DNA from: an uncultured Acidobacteriota bacterium | GTDB lineage: Bacteria > Acidobacteriota > Blastocatellia > RBC074 | DNA: 64,000 bases | Assembly (NCBI GenBank): GCA_963796275.1 | Contig: CAWCKY010000004.1 | Location: 1,312,001-1,376,000 of the forward strand | Direction of reading: 5' to 3' | Shown here: piece by piece, positions 23,876-33,600 of the stretch | Position numbering within the stretch: position 1 is the stretch's first letter | Layout: each line of letters starts with the position of its first letter | Translations under genes and position numbers: made by a program | Notes under the pieces: generated by a model | Seen by the model: the letters and a program-made list of their open reading frames with translations, nothing else | What the model was told of the DNA's origin: nothing | The model's database searches: none

Positions 23876-24052
23876 TTGTGCCCCCTCTCAGCGAATCATA
23901 AGCCATTAATAACAACTTTTTCAGGACAAACGGTATGCGCTCAAACTAAAGTCAGCCAGTATTTACTTAATAAAACTGTAGATACCACACATTCTGTGTC
24001 TGCAGAAAGCAAGTTCATCTTATCAGACTACCGGAGAGGGAGCCGGGTCAAT

Positions 24053-24156
24053 GAGAACGGTAGACAGCAGGCAGTAGGCAGAGAGCAGTTCGCTTCTGCT
24101 GGGATAACAATATATACGGACTGCCTACTGCATACTGCCTGCTGCCTACCGCTCTC
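24053..24156. repeat. Hairpin element with AGGCAGT / ACTGCCT heptamer arms
   Basis: Left arm 24053-24092 and right arm 24117-24156 form an imperfect inverted repeat. A lone related arm lies at 26179-26212. Confidence 0.7.
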
Positions 24157-24169
24157 TGAGGAGAAACTC

Positions 24170-24676
24170 ATGACTGAAAATATAATTACGCCTTCTAGTG
24201 TTAAGTCGCATTCCTTCCAAGATCCGCGCGCATTCGGCGCAATCATTTATGGCGGACTGGCTGTCGGAGTATTGGACGGTATGGCTGCAGTTGTCCTTAC
24301 CATTATTAAAGGCGGAAGCACAATTCGTATGTTTCAGGGTATCGCCAGTGGGTTGCTCGGGCGCGCCTCATTCGAAGGCGGATGGACGACGGCCCTGCTT
24401 GGCGCGTCGCTCCATTTTCTGATCGCATTTATTTGGGCGGCAATTTATTACGGCGCGAGCATAAAGATGCGGGCGCTGATTCGGCGCCCTTTAATATTAG
24501 GGCCGATTTATGGTGTAGCGGTCTATTTCGCCATGCAGATCATCGTACTTCCGCTTTCGGCGATCCAAAAGCCACCGTTCTCATTCGCGGCGCCATTGCA
24601 AGGGATTATCGTACATATTCTCTGCGTCGGACTGCCCATTGCGATCTGCGCGCGACAGTCCGCCAGAATCAAATGA
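24170..24676 (+). CDS. Four-TM membrane protein of unknown function
   Basis: ATG 24170 after GAGGAG. Four hydrophobic segments, including FQGIASGLLG and HFLIAFIWA. The longer 23876 start runs through a repeat. Confidence 0.75.
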   Translation: MTENIITPSSVKSHSFQDPRAFGAIIYGGLAVGVLDGMAAVVLTIIKGGSTIRMFQGIASGLLGRASFEGGWTTALLGASLHFLIAFIWAAIYYGASIKMRALIRRPLILGPIYGVAVYFAMQIIVLPLSAIQKPPFSFAAPLQGIIVHILCVGLPIAICARQSARIK

Positions 24677-24738
24677 ATAGATTAAGTACTCTGTAAACTA
24701 TTATTTGATGTTTAATGGCGATTCAAGTTCGAAAGTTC

Positions 24739-24821
24739 GAATCAGTACCGCGAGCGGTAGCGAGCGTGTCTCAATCAACTGGCTCGGGTACAACGCTCGC
24801 TACCGCTCGCGGTACTGATTC
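24739..24821. repeat. Perfect 29-bp inverted repeat (REP-doublet-like)
   Basis: GAATCAGTACCGCGAGCGGTAGCGAGCGT at 24739-24767 and its exact reverse complement at 24793-24821. Confidence 0.85.
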
Positions 24822-25349
24822 ATCGATTATCAAGAACTTAGTTAACAATAGATTAAGTTTATTGCAAGAATTATTTTTTGGTACGTTCGGCACGTAGAAG
24901 CGTTTATATAAAAGCAGCACCCGGTGGGTGCCAAACTTTTTCATATCTTGCATAGATAAAGTCTTTGCCCTCAATGCCATTGGGAACACGGGTGTCGCGG
25001 ATTTTCACGGATTTCTTGAATGTCCCGTGAAAATCTGCTGCATCCATGTTATCTGCCTTTTATATCTGCCTTCTATAGATAGCTTCGAAGTGGTCGCTTA
25101 AGTATGAAGTTGTTTATAAGTACATTCTATGAATGTACCGGTAGGTTTGTATTAGAGAATGTATCGGGTAGTTAATAAATCACTGGGATTTGATTCAATT
25201 TAGAGATTAATAAGGCATTGCAGAGGACATTTCAGTCTGGTGAAGGTTTAAATGTAGTCAGATGGGCGAGCGACAGCATAAGCCTTGAACTCCCCCAGAG
25301 TTCTGCCTATGGCTTAACCCGGGTATTATGCTGTCGCGCTCTTGAATAG

Positions 25350-26171
25350 TCAGACGAAGGCGATATATCGCTCTTTCATTAATTCCAGCACTTCATCTCC
25401 CGGCCGATCCCAGATAGATTGATTAAAGATTTCAACTTCGATGAAGCCCCAATAACCGGCAGCTTCGACCAGAGAGCGAATGTAGCGAATATCGATGCAG
25501 CCGTCGCCCATCATTCCGCGTCCCAGGTACATATCGGGTGTCGGCACAAGCCAATCGGAGACGTGAAATTCAAGAATGGACCCACGCGCGCGCGCGATTT
25601 CACGTTCGAGCATAGCATCCCACCAGACGTGGTACACATCGACTACGATGCCAACCGTCTTCGAATCGAACTTCTCCGCCAGGTTGTTGGCTTCCTTAAG
25701 CGATGTGATACAGGAACGCTCAGCCGCGAACATCGGGTGCAGCGGTTCGATCCCCAGCTTGACGTTGCGTTCTTGAGCGTAAGGCACCAGTTGTGCGATC
25801 GCGTCCTCTACCATTCGCCGCGCGGCTTTCAGATCGCGGTCCGGCGCCGGGCCGCACACGAGCACGAGCGTCTCGGCATGTAGCTCCGCCGCCTCATCTA
25901 TCGCCCGCCGGTTGTCGGCAATGCGCTCAGCGCGCTCTTCGCGCGTCGCTGCCGGAAACATTCCGCCGCGACAGACGCTGGAAACATGAAGACCTGCGTC
26001 ACGCACCAGCTTGCGGCTGGCCTCCAGCCCGATCTCGGCGATTTTGTTCCGCCAGATTCCGATCGTCGGAATTCCGGCACGGGCGCAACCATCTACCGCC
26101 TCGGGTAAACTCCAGTGGTTAGTCGTAACCTGGTTTAAACTCAAACGGGTGTAATCAGTTAGGTTATCCAT
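25350..26171 (-). CDS. Sugar phosphate isomerase/epimerase (xylose-isomerase-like TIM barrel)
   Basis: LSLNQVTT, IEPLHPM, DVYHVWWD, FHVSDW and EVEIFN motifs. Confidence 0.9.
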   Translation of the reverse strand: MDNLTDYTRLSLNQVTTNHWSLPEAVDGCARAGIPTIGIWRNKIAEIGLEASRKLVRDAGLHVSSVCRGGMFPAATREERAERIADNRRAIDEAAELHAETLVLVCGPAPDRDLKAARRMVEDAIAQLVPYAQERNVKLGIEPLHPMFAAERSCITSLKEANNLAEKFDSKTVGIVVDVYHVWWDAMLEREIARARGSILEFHVSDWLVPTPDMYLGRGMMGDGCIDIRYIRSLVEAAGYWGFIEVEIFNQSIWDRPGDEVLELMKERYIAFV

Positions 26172-26294
26172 AAAATATCAGGCAGTAAGCAGTAGACAGC
26201 AGGCAGTTCGTATTTTTTATGTAATGTGATAGCTATATTACGGATATTGAAATCGCCGACATACCTCCATCTACTGACAATCAATTTAATTTCT

Positions 26295-26600
26295 CGTCTT
26301 AATTACTCGTCCGACTCGCTCCATCAAGACGTTATAACTCGGTCTGATCTTCGAACAGGTAAATCGTCTTTCCACAATTAGAATTAATATTTCAAACTCA
26401 GGCATAGAGCCGCAGTTATCTTCCAGAAACTGCCAGAAACCTATCCATTAGCAATTTTCGAGGATCGAGACCGCGACGAATGACTTGACTGGTTATTCCA
26501 TATAGTTCTTCCCAGCGCAATTGTCCAGTGGATTTCTAAATCACCTCAACCACATACATTGCTTTTTGCCGCGTTATCAAGTCTTTATGATTTTTCCTCT
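26295..26600 (-). pseudogene. Decayed four-helix-bundle protein (23S rRNA IVP family)
   Basis: Manual translation NHKDLITRQKAMYVVEVI*KSTGQLRWEELYGITSQVIRR / AVSI..IANG / FLEDNCGSMPEFEILILIVERR / ERVGRVI follows the family consensus. It has an in-frame TAG at 26538-26536 and frameshifts. Confidence 0.7.
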
Positions 26601-26653
26601 TATTTTTGAATATCGTCGCGATCGATAAAATATATCTTCCGTTGCCGACTGAC

Positions 26654-27805
26654 TTACAATTCGGGCACATCGATCCAGCGCCTTTCAGCCCATGATTGCA
26701 GCCCCAACTCGGCGAGCTGCACGCCGCGCGCACCTTCGAGTAAATCGTGCGGAAACGGATCATTCAAAACCACGTGGCGCAGAAACGATTCCCATTGAAC
26801 CTTAAATGCATTCTCAAAATTCATATTATCGGGGACATCCTGCCAGTGCTCGTAAAAATTGAACGGGTTAGGCAGGTCCGGATTCCAGACGGGTTTGGGC
26901 GTATTGACGCGGTGCTGTATTTTACAACCGCGCAAACCTGCGACTGCGCTACCATTCGTGCCATCGACTTGCAGCTGTAAAAGATCGTCGCGGTAGACGC
27001 GCACCGCCCACGATGAATTCATCTGGGCGAAAATTTTCTCTTCTCCCTCGATCTCGAACGATCCGTATGCCGCGTCTTCAGCGGTGCATCGATACCGCCG
27101 TCCGGCTTCATCGACCCGCTCAGGGATATGCGTCGCTCCGCTGCATTGCACGGATTTGACCTTTCCGAAGGTATGATCCAGAAGATAGCGCCAATGGCAG
27201 AACATATCCACGATGATGCCGCCATCGTCCTCCTTGCGATAATTCCAGGAAGGACGCTGGCTTGGTTGCCAATCTCCTTCAAATACCCAATAACCGAATT
27301 CGCCGCGCACGCTGAGAATGCGGCCGAAGAAACCGCTAGCGACCAACCGCTTCAGTTTTCGTATGCCCGGCAGAAACAGCTTATCCTGAACGACTCCATT
27401 CTTGACCCCGCGATCGCGCGCCAACCGGTACAGCTCGAGCGCTGAAGTGAGATTCGTTGCCACCGGCTTCTCGCAATAGATGTGTTTGCCCGCAGCGATT
27501 GCAGCCCGTACCGCATCGGCACGCCCCCCGGTCGTCTGCGCATCGAAATATATCGCAGCATCGCCGGTCGCTAGACATCGATTGAGGTCCGTTGAGTATT
27601 GCGTCAAGCCGTTGGCTTCGGCGAGACCCTTCAATTTCGCTTCATTTCGTCCCACCAAAATCGGCTCGGGATATATCGCTTCACCGCTCCCGATATCGAT
27701 CCCACCCTGTGCCCGGATCGCGACAATAGAACGAATCAGATGCTGGTTCGTTCCCATCCGCCCGGTGACGCCGTTCATAATGATTCCGATTTTATGCAAA
27801 GACAT
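26654..27805 (-). CDS. Gfo/Idh/MocA family oxidoreductase
   Basis: IIMNGVTGRMG, KHIYCEKP and GGIIVDMFCHW motifs. Confidence 0.92.
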   Translation of the reverse strand: MSLHKIGIIMNGVTGRMGTNQHLIRSIVAIRAQGGIDIGSGEAIYPEPILVGRNEAKLKGLAEANGLTQYSTDLNRCLATGDAAIYFDAQTTGGRADAVRAAIAAGKHIYCEKPVATNLTSALELYRLARDRGVKNGVVQDKLFLPGIRKLKRLVASGFFGRILSVRGEFGYWVFEGDWQPSQRPSWNYRKEDDGGIIVDMFCHWRYLLDHTFGKVKSVQCSGATHIPERVDEAGRRYRCTAEDAAYGSFEIEGEEKIFAQMNSSWAVRVYRDDLLQLQVDGTNGSAVAGLRGCKIQHRVNTPKPVWNPDLPNPFNFYEHWQDVPDNMNFENAFKVQWESFLRHVVLNDPFPHDLLEGARGVQLAELGLQSWAERRWIDVPEL

Positions 27806-27892
27806 TTGTGAGAAATCCTCGGGAATTTTGTGGGGCAGGCTTTCGTGGATCCGGAGTCCTCTTTCTTCTCCTTCGATTGTTGGTTCCGGACT

Positions 27893-28501
27893 CTACTGTC
27901 TCTTATTTTCTTCCGATATCACCCAATAGTAGATCGTGCGTTCCCGGTCCTTGTCGGTGGTAACTTTCAGGACTTTTTCGGGGTTCCATTCACCCATATC
28001 GAAGGCGTGCGAGACCACGCGCGTACCCGGCTTGAGTTCGCGAAACAATTTCGGTCGCAGTCTGCGGTTCATATCGGGGAGCAGATAGAGAGTAACAACC
28101 GTCGCTTCCTTGAGATCGGTCTCAAAAAGGTCCTGCTGTAAAAATTTAACGCGGTCCGTTACTCCGGCCTTCCGCGCATTCTCGTTGCTCTCCTTGATCC
28201 GATCCGCGTTGATGTCCACTCCGACGCCTCTCGCGCCGTATTTCTGCGCGGCTGTGATGACGATGCGCCCATCGCCGCAGCCGAGGTCGTATATCACGTC
28301 GTTCTTACCGACATTTGCCACCTTCAACATCTCTTCAACCACCTCGTTCGGTGTCGGCACATAAGGAACATCGATTAACTGTTTATGCGCTGAAGTTCTA
28401 AAAAAGCCCTCTCGCACACTTTCTATCGTCAAACCGGATGTCAGCGCGATACCCGCCAGAAGCACAAAGAGCCAGAATTTATTGATAGATTGATACCTCA
28501 T
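27893..28501 (-). CDS. Class I SAM-dependent methyltransferase with N-terminal signal/anchor
   Basis: DVPYVPTP, YDLGCGDGRI and LKPGTRVVSH motifs. ATG 28501 preferred because 28540 overlaps the upstream gene. Confidence 0.88.
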   Translation of the reverse strand: MRYQSINKFWLFVLLAGIALTSGLTIESVREGFFRTSAHKQLIDVPYVPTPNEVVEEMLKVANVGKNDVIYDLGCGDGRIVITAAQKYGARGVGVDINADRIKESNENARKAGVTDRVKFLQQDLFETDLKEATVVTLYLLPDMNRRLRPKLFRELKPGTRVVSHAFDMGEWNPEKVLKVTTDKDRERTIYYWVISEENKRQ

Positions 28502-28511
28502 CGATTTCCGC

Positions 28512-29798
28512 TTAATCACTCCCCATTTCCAACCGGGCATGCTTATCTGCCGAACGATTAGCCGTCAGGACAGCAATGGCAGACCGCATCGCCTTTTCGG
28601 GCCCGCAACGGACGGCGGAGCCCGTCCTGATTGCGGAACAGAATTCCGCTATCTCATTTCGGTATGCGATATTCCTCTCCGTCTGAGTCTGGGTCGCCGC
28701 ATTGACAGTGCGTCCGGGCGAATCCGCCGGACGCGTAGCGGACGAATCGGCAACCGGCTCCGAGGTCTTGGGAGAGACTTCCACTCTGGTAGTGCTTCCC
28801 TCACCTTCGGTGAAGAGATAAGCCTCGATCTCTCTCCTCAGGATCAGCGTGCCCTTCGTACCCATATACATTTCATACGCATCCTCGAAGGCATTGGACT
28901 CAATCGATGAAAAAGTTGCCGTGCGTCCGCCCGGGTATTCAAAGGTCGAGTAGACATGATCGAAGACCTCGCGCCCATCTTTGAATCGATCGATGCCGCC
29001 GGTAGTATAGGCAGCGTCGGGAGCCGAATCGAAGAACCAATTGACCGCCGTTATCTGATGGCTTCCCAATTCCGCGACCAAACCTTCCGAATATTTCTTA
29101 TACAACCTCCAGTTCAGCAGGTGCTCCCAATCCGGGTACCCCCATCTGCTCGGGTCGAAATTAGCCGCTGGAGGATCCTCGTTGCGTCGCCAGTTGGCAT
29201 TACGGTGCCAGACCAGCCGAGCGAAGAAGACATCTCCCAACAATCCTGGTTTGACGATGTTTTTGTAGGCGGCCTGATAAATGGGGTTGTAGTACCGCTG
29301 ATAGCCGATCTCTAGAATCCGCTTGTTTCTGCGCATCGCATCGATCATGCGCGAGCATTCGGCCTCGCTCTTGGCCATCATCTTTTCGCAGAGGACGTGT
29401 TTGCCCGCCTCGAGACAACCGACCGAGATGTCGGCATGAGTCCATAAGGGAGTGGCGATGATGACCGCTTCGAGATCCTCCTTTTCAAGCATCGCGCGCC
29501 AATCGTCGTATTGTCCGACCTGCGGCCATCCCGCTCCAGCCATCGTCTCAGCCACCCGCTGCCGGCGTACGGGGTTTATATCGCACAGGGCTTTCAGATC
29601 GATGAACTCTTTCTGGCATTGCGCGATCAAACCTCTTCCCATGCCTCCGGTACCGATCACGGCTGCTTTGACCGGGCCTCCTTTGATCGGGCCGCGAAGG
29701 ACCGCCGCCGTGCCGAGCGCTGCCAGCGCCGGTGTGCCCGCAATTGCCTTCAGGAAATTGCGCCGGCCCTGTTCCATTTGTTCATCTGTCAGATTCAT
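28512..29798 (-). CDS. Gfo/Idh/MocA oxidoreductase with twin-arginine-like leader
   Basis: GRRNFLK; IGTGGMG; KHVLCEK; [18 protein letters not shown]. Confidence 0.9.
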   Translation of the reverse strand: MNLTDEQMEQGRRNFLKAIAGTPALAALGTAAVLRGPIKGGPVKAAVIGTGGMGRGLIAQCQKEFIDLKALCDINPVRRQRVAETMAGAGWPQVGQYDDWRAMLEKEDLEAVIIATPLWTHADISVGCLEAGKHVLCEKMMAKSEAECSRMIDAMRRNKRILEIGYQRYYNPIYQAAYKNIVKPGLLGDVFFARLVWHRNANWRRNEDPPAANFDPSRWGYPDWEHLLNWRLYKKYSEGLVAELGSHQITAVNWFFDSAPDAAYTTGGIDRFKDGREVFDHVYSTFEYPGGRTATFSSIESNAFEDAYEMYMGTKGTLILRREIEAYLFTEGEGSTTRVEVSPKTSEPVADSSATRPADSPGRTVNAATQTQTERNIAYRNEIAEFCSAIRTGSAVRCGPEKAMRSAIAVLTANRSADKHARLEMGSD

Positions 29799-30172
29799 TG
29801 TTTAGCCTTTATATTTGACGGTGGGATGGAAATCATCCGGCCTCCAGTTAATTCTCACCCGCCTTTACTACCAGATGATGCCATCAGATACAACTCAATG
29901 CCTAATGCTATGCACACTAAATAGCATAACCTGCCGTGACCGGGTCCGCATTTCAACAAGCTTGCCAATGCTTTCAAGGCAGATTAATGTACTCCGGATT
30001 GTGAGTGAACGGTCTTAGTCGCGGGAAGCCTTGTCATTACGCAGGGCAAGTAGTGCTACGGTGTCATAAAATTCTCGAATTTCCTTGGAAATTCGCATGT
30101 CCGATCTGTGAACCACCGCGTTGGGATGGCGGAGCCTCTGGAGTGCGGTAGCTTGGGATTATACTGGCAAAC

Positions 30173-30528
30173 TCTCCAGCGCCGGAGGCGCTGCGGAATT
30201 TAGCCGGTGGTGGAGCGCAGCGTAACCACCGGAACAGATCAATGAGATTTTCGCGTCCCGGAGGGACGCTGGAGTCCTGCGCCCTTTCAGATTCTGCTGG
30301 CGAATTCGTTTATCCGTGAGCGCCAGAGGCGCGATACGTTTATAGATTTTTTCGTAATAGTGCCCCAGCTCCGGAGCGGCATATAAACGGCATCATCTGT
30401 CGCTCCGGAGCTGGATATAATTACTTGCCATGTTCTATAAACATAACGCTCCTCCGGAGCTAAGAGCCGATAATTTCATTTTCTGAATTCGCCAGCAGAA
30501 TCTTTCAGGGCGCGGATCATTTCCGGTA
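30173..30528. repeat. Cluster of GC-rich REP-like palindromes hosting a MITE
   Basis: AGCGCC-GGA-GGCGCT, CCGGTGGT...ACCACCGG, GCGTCCC-GGA-GGGACGC and the interrupted GCGCCC-TTTCA-GGGCGC. Confidence 0.7.
30290..30502. mobile_element. 213-bp MITE-like element, 18-bp perfect TIRs, 5-bp TSD (TTTCA)
   Basis: GATTCTGCTGGCGAATTC at 30290-30307 and GAATTCGCCAGCAGAATC at 30485-30502, flanked by TTTCA at 30285-30289 and 30503-30507. No ORF. Confidence 0.8.
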
Positions 30529-30605
30529 CTCTAGCAGAAGGATAAACCCTCAGCAACGGACTTGTTCATCGGGGTTTAGCCATTTCTCGAGCGACCAAGA
30601 TATCT

Positions 30606-33600
30606 TTAATGCTGATTTCCCAACACAACGCGCACCAAATGCGTGCCTTCATCCCCGTTGAGCGGAACCCATTTATCCTCCTGCTCCTCTCCATCCAATT
30701 CCACCTTCTCCACTCCTCGAGACACGCCCTTTGGGTTTTCGACGACGATGTGGTAGCGCGCCTCTTGATGTGAATAAAGAATCTCGTACTTCGGCCAACT
30801 AGCCGGAATGCACGGGTCGATCGTAAAATGCAAACCGCGCTGCTTGAATCCGAGGATCGCCTCGATCGCTACCCGGTACATCCAACCCGCTGATCCTGTA
30901 TACCAGCTCCACCCTCCTCGCCCTTCATACGGCGAAACAGCATAGACATCGGCTGCAATTACATATGGCTCGATTTTGTAACGCATCACATCGCCCTCGG
31001 TACTCGTGTGGCACACCGGATTTAACATCCGGAACAGCTCAAACGCGCGGTCGCCTTCACCCTGCAGGGCGAAGGCTAGGATCGTCCAGATGGCAGCGTG
31101 TGTATATTGGCCGCCATTCTCGCGCACGCCGGGGACGTAGCCCTTGATATAACCGGGATCGACCGGAGCCTGGTCGAAAGGCGGAGTGAAAAGCAAAACC
31201 AGCTTTTGATCGCTACGGACGAGCTGCTTTTCGACGGAGGACATCGCGAGGACCGCGCGCTCGCGGCGGGCGGCCCCCGAGATCACGCCCCAGGTCTGCG
31301 CGATCGAATCTATGCGGCATTCATCATTCTGAACGGAACCGAGCGGCGTGCCGTCATCGAAGTATGCCCGCCGATACCACTCGCCGTCCCACGCCTCTTT
31401 CTCCACGGCCCATGACAATTGCTCGGCATGACCGCGGTAGATTCTCGATCTTTCGTGATCTCCACGCCGCTCGGCAAGTTCTGCGAAATCCGTGAGCGTC
31501 GCAATCAGAAACCAGGCCAGCCAGACTGATTCTCCTTTGCCTCCGTAACCGACGCGGTTCATCCCATCGTTCCAATCGCCGGAGCCCATCAACGGCAGCC
31601 CATGCGCGCCGACCGCCAGCCCGCGATCGAGTGCGCGCACACAGTGGTCATAGATCGTCCCCTGCTCGTCGGACGTCGAAGGCATACCGTAATACTCGTC
31701 CTCTTGCGGCTCGAGGGGCCGGCCGTGAAGATAAGGCGCTTTCTCCTCCAGAATGCTCGAATCTCCTGTGATCATCGAATAGAAACAGGTGACGAATGCG
31801 AGCCAATGAAGGTCATCCGAGAATCGCGTGCGTACGCCGCGCCCTGTCGGCGGGTGCCACCAGTGCTGGACGTCGCCCTCGACAAATTGGCGGCCCGCGG
31901 CCCTGATGATCTGCTCGCGCGCCAGTTGCGGCGACGAATAGACGAGAGCCATGACATCCTGCAACTGATCGCGGAAGCCGTAGGCGCCGCCCGATTGGTA
32001 AAACGCCGAGCGCCCCCAGAAGCGGCAGGAGAGAGTCTGATAGAGGAGCCAGCGGTTCACCAACAAGTTCATCTGCGCATCCGGAGTCCGCACTTCGATT
32101 GAGCCGAGGACGCGATCCCAGTGCTCCTCAACCCGGCTGAAGGCATCATCTACTTCCTGCGAGTTGCGGTACCGCCGGATCATCGCATGAACATGATCGA
32201 TCCCGTCACCCTCGCCGAGCATGAAGATGATATCCCTTTCCTCGCCCGGATCGAGATCGATCATGACTTGTAAGGCGGCGCACGGATCCATCCCCGCACC
32301 CGTCTTCCCGGAGAGCTTGGTGCGCTTGAGAGCGGCCGGAGATTCAGGTGTGCCGTTGCGTCCCAGGAACTCGGTGCGGTTTGCCGTCATGCTGCGTCGC
32401 AGATTATTGACATCCGCAAACGCGACTCGCTGCGCAAACTCGTTGTTGTAACGGTTCACGGCTAACAGCGCGCCCGTCTCCGCGTCGATCTCGGTGACTA
32501 TGTAAGGCGCCGACACCTCACGATTCACCCCCAGCACCAGCTCGGCGAAGCTGGTAGCGGATAATTGTCTCCTGCGATCGCTCTCATTTCTGAGACGGAG
32601 GCGATGGATCTTTACCGGATCATCGAGTGGAACGAAGACCAGCAGCTCCTGATTTATCCCGTTGCTCCGTCGCTCGTACACGGAATAACCCTGCCCGTGG
32701 CGGACGAGATATTCTCCGCCTGATCGGACCGGGCGCGGAGTCACCGTCCAGAACTCGCCGGTCTCTTCATCGCGCAGATAAATGGCCTCGCCGCACGGAT
32801 CGGAGACGGCGTCGTTCGACCACGGAGTCAGGCGGTTCTCCCGGCTGTTTTCCGACCATGTGTAGCCCAGGCCCGATTCCGTCGCCAGGAAACCGAAGCG
32901 CGCATTGGCAACAACATTCGCCCATGGCGCCGGCGGGAGTTCGGGAACCGTCTTGCCTTCGCCCAAAATAATTACGTATTCGCGCCCTTCCGACGTGAAG
33001 CCGCCCAGCCCATTGAAAAATTTGAGATTCGAAATGTTCGACTTGAAATCCGAAACGGGAGCCGGGAGTCGTTCGGGAAGACTTCCCGAGGCTGAAAATT
33101 TCGCCGGCGGCAATTGACTGTCGCGCGGCTGGCGGGTCAATTGAAGCGCCAGTTCTCCCCGGCGGCCAACGACGACGGCACGCGCGACGGTCAGCAACAG
33201 ATAGCGGTCATCTTCCGGCATCAGATCGGCGCGGCGTAAAAAGACGCCCCCCGGTTTATCCATCATTATATGTGCGGGACTGGTTCGGATCAGACTGAGC
33301 AGATACTCGTGCAGACCCTGCGCGTAACTGCTCGGATGTTCATTCAAAATAACCAGATCGACCGCCAGTCCCTTCATCCGCCAATATTCGTGAGCGCGCA
33401 GAAGCTGGCGCACGATCTCCGCCTCCTCGGTCTCGGCGATGCGCACCAGGATCACCGGCAGGTCTCCCGATATCCCGTAAGCCCAGAGTCCCGATTGCTG
33501 CTTCGTATTACGCTGCAAGACATCAGGCGGCGGCCGTAGTGAACCCTCCGAGTAGATGGCCTGCGACGCCAATTGCTGGAATATATGCGACTCATCCGCC

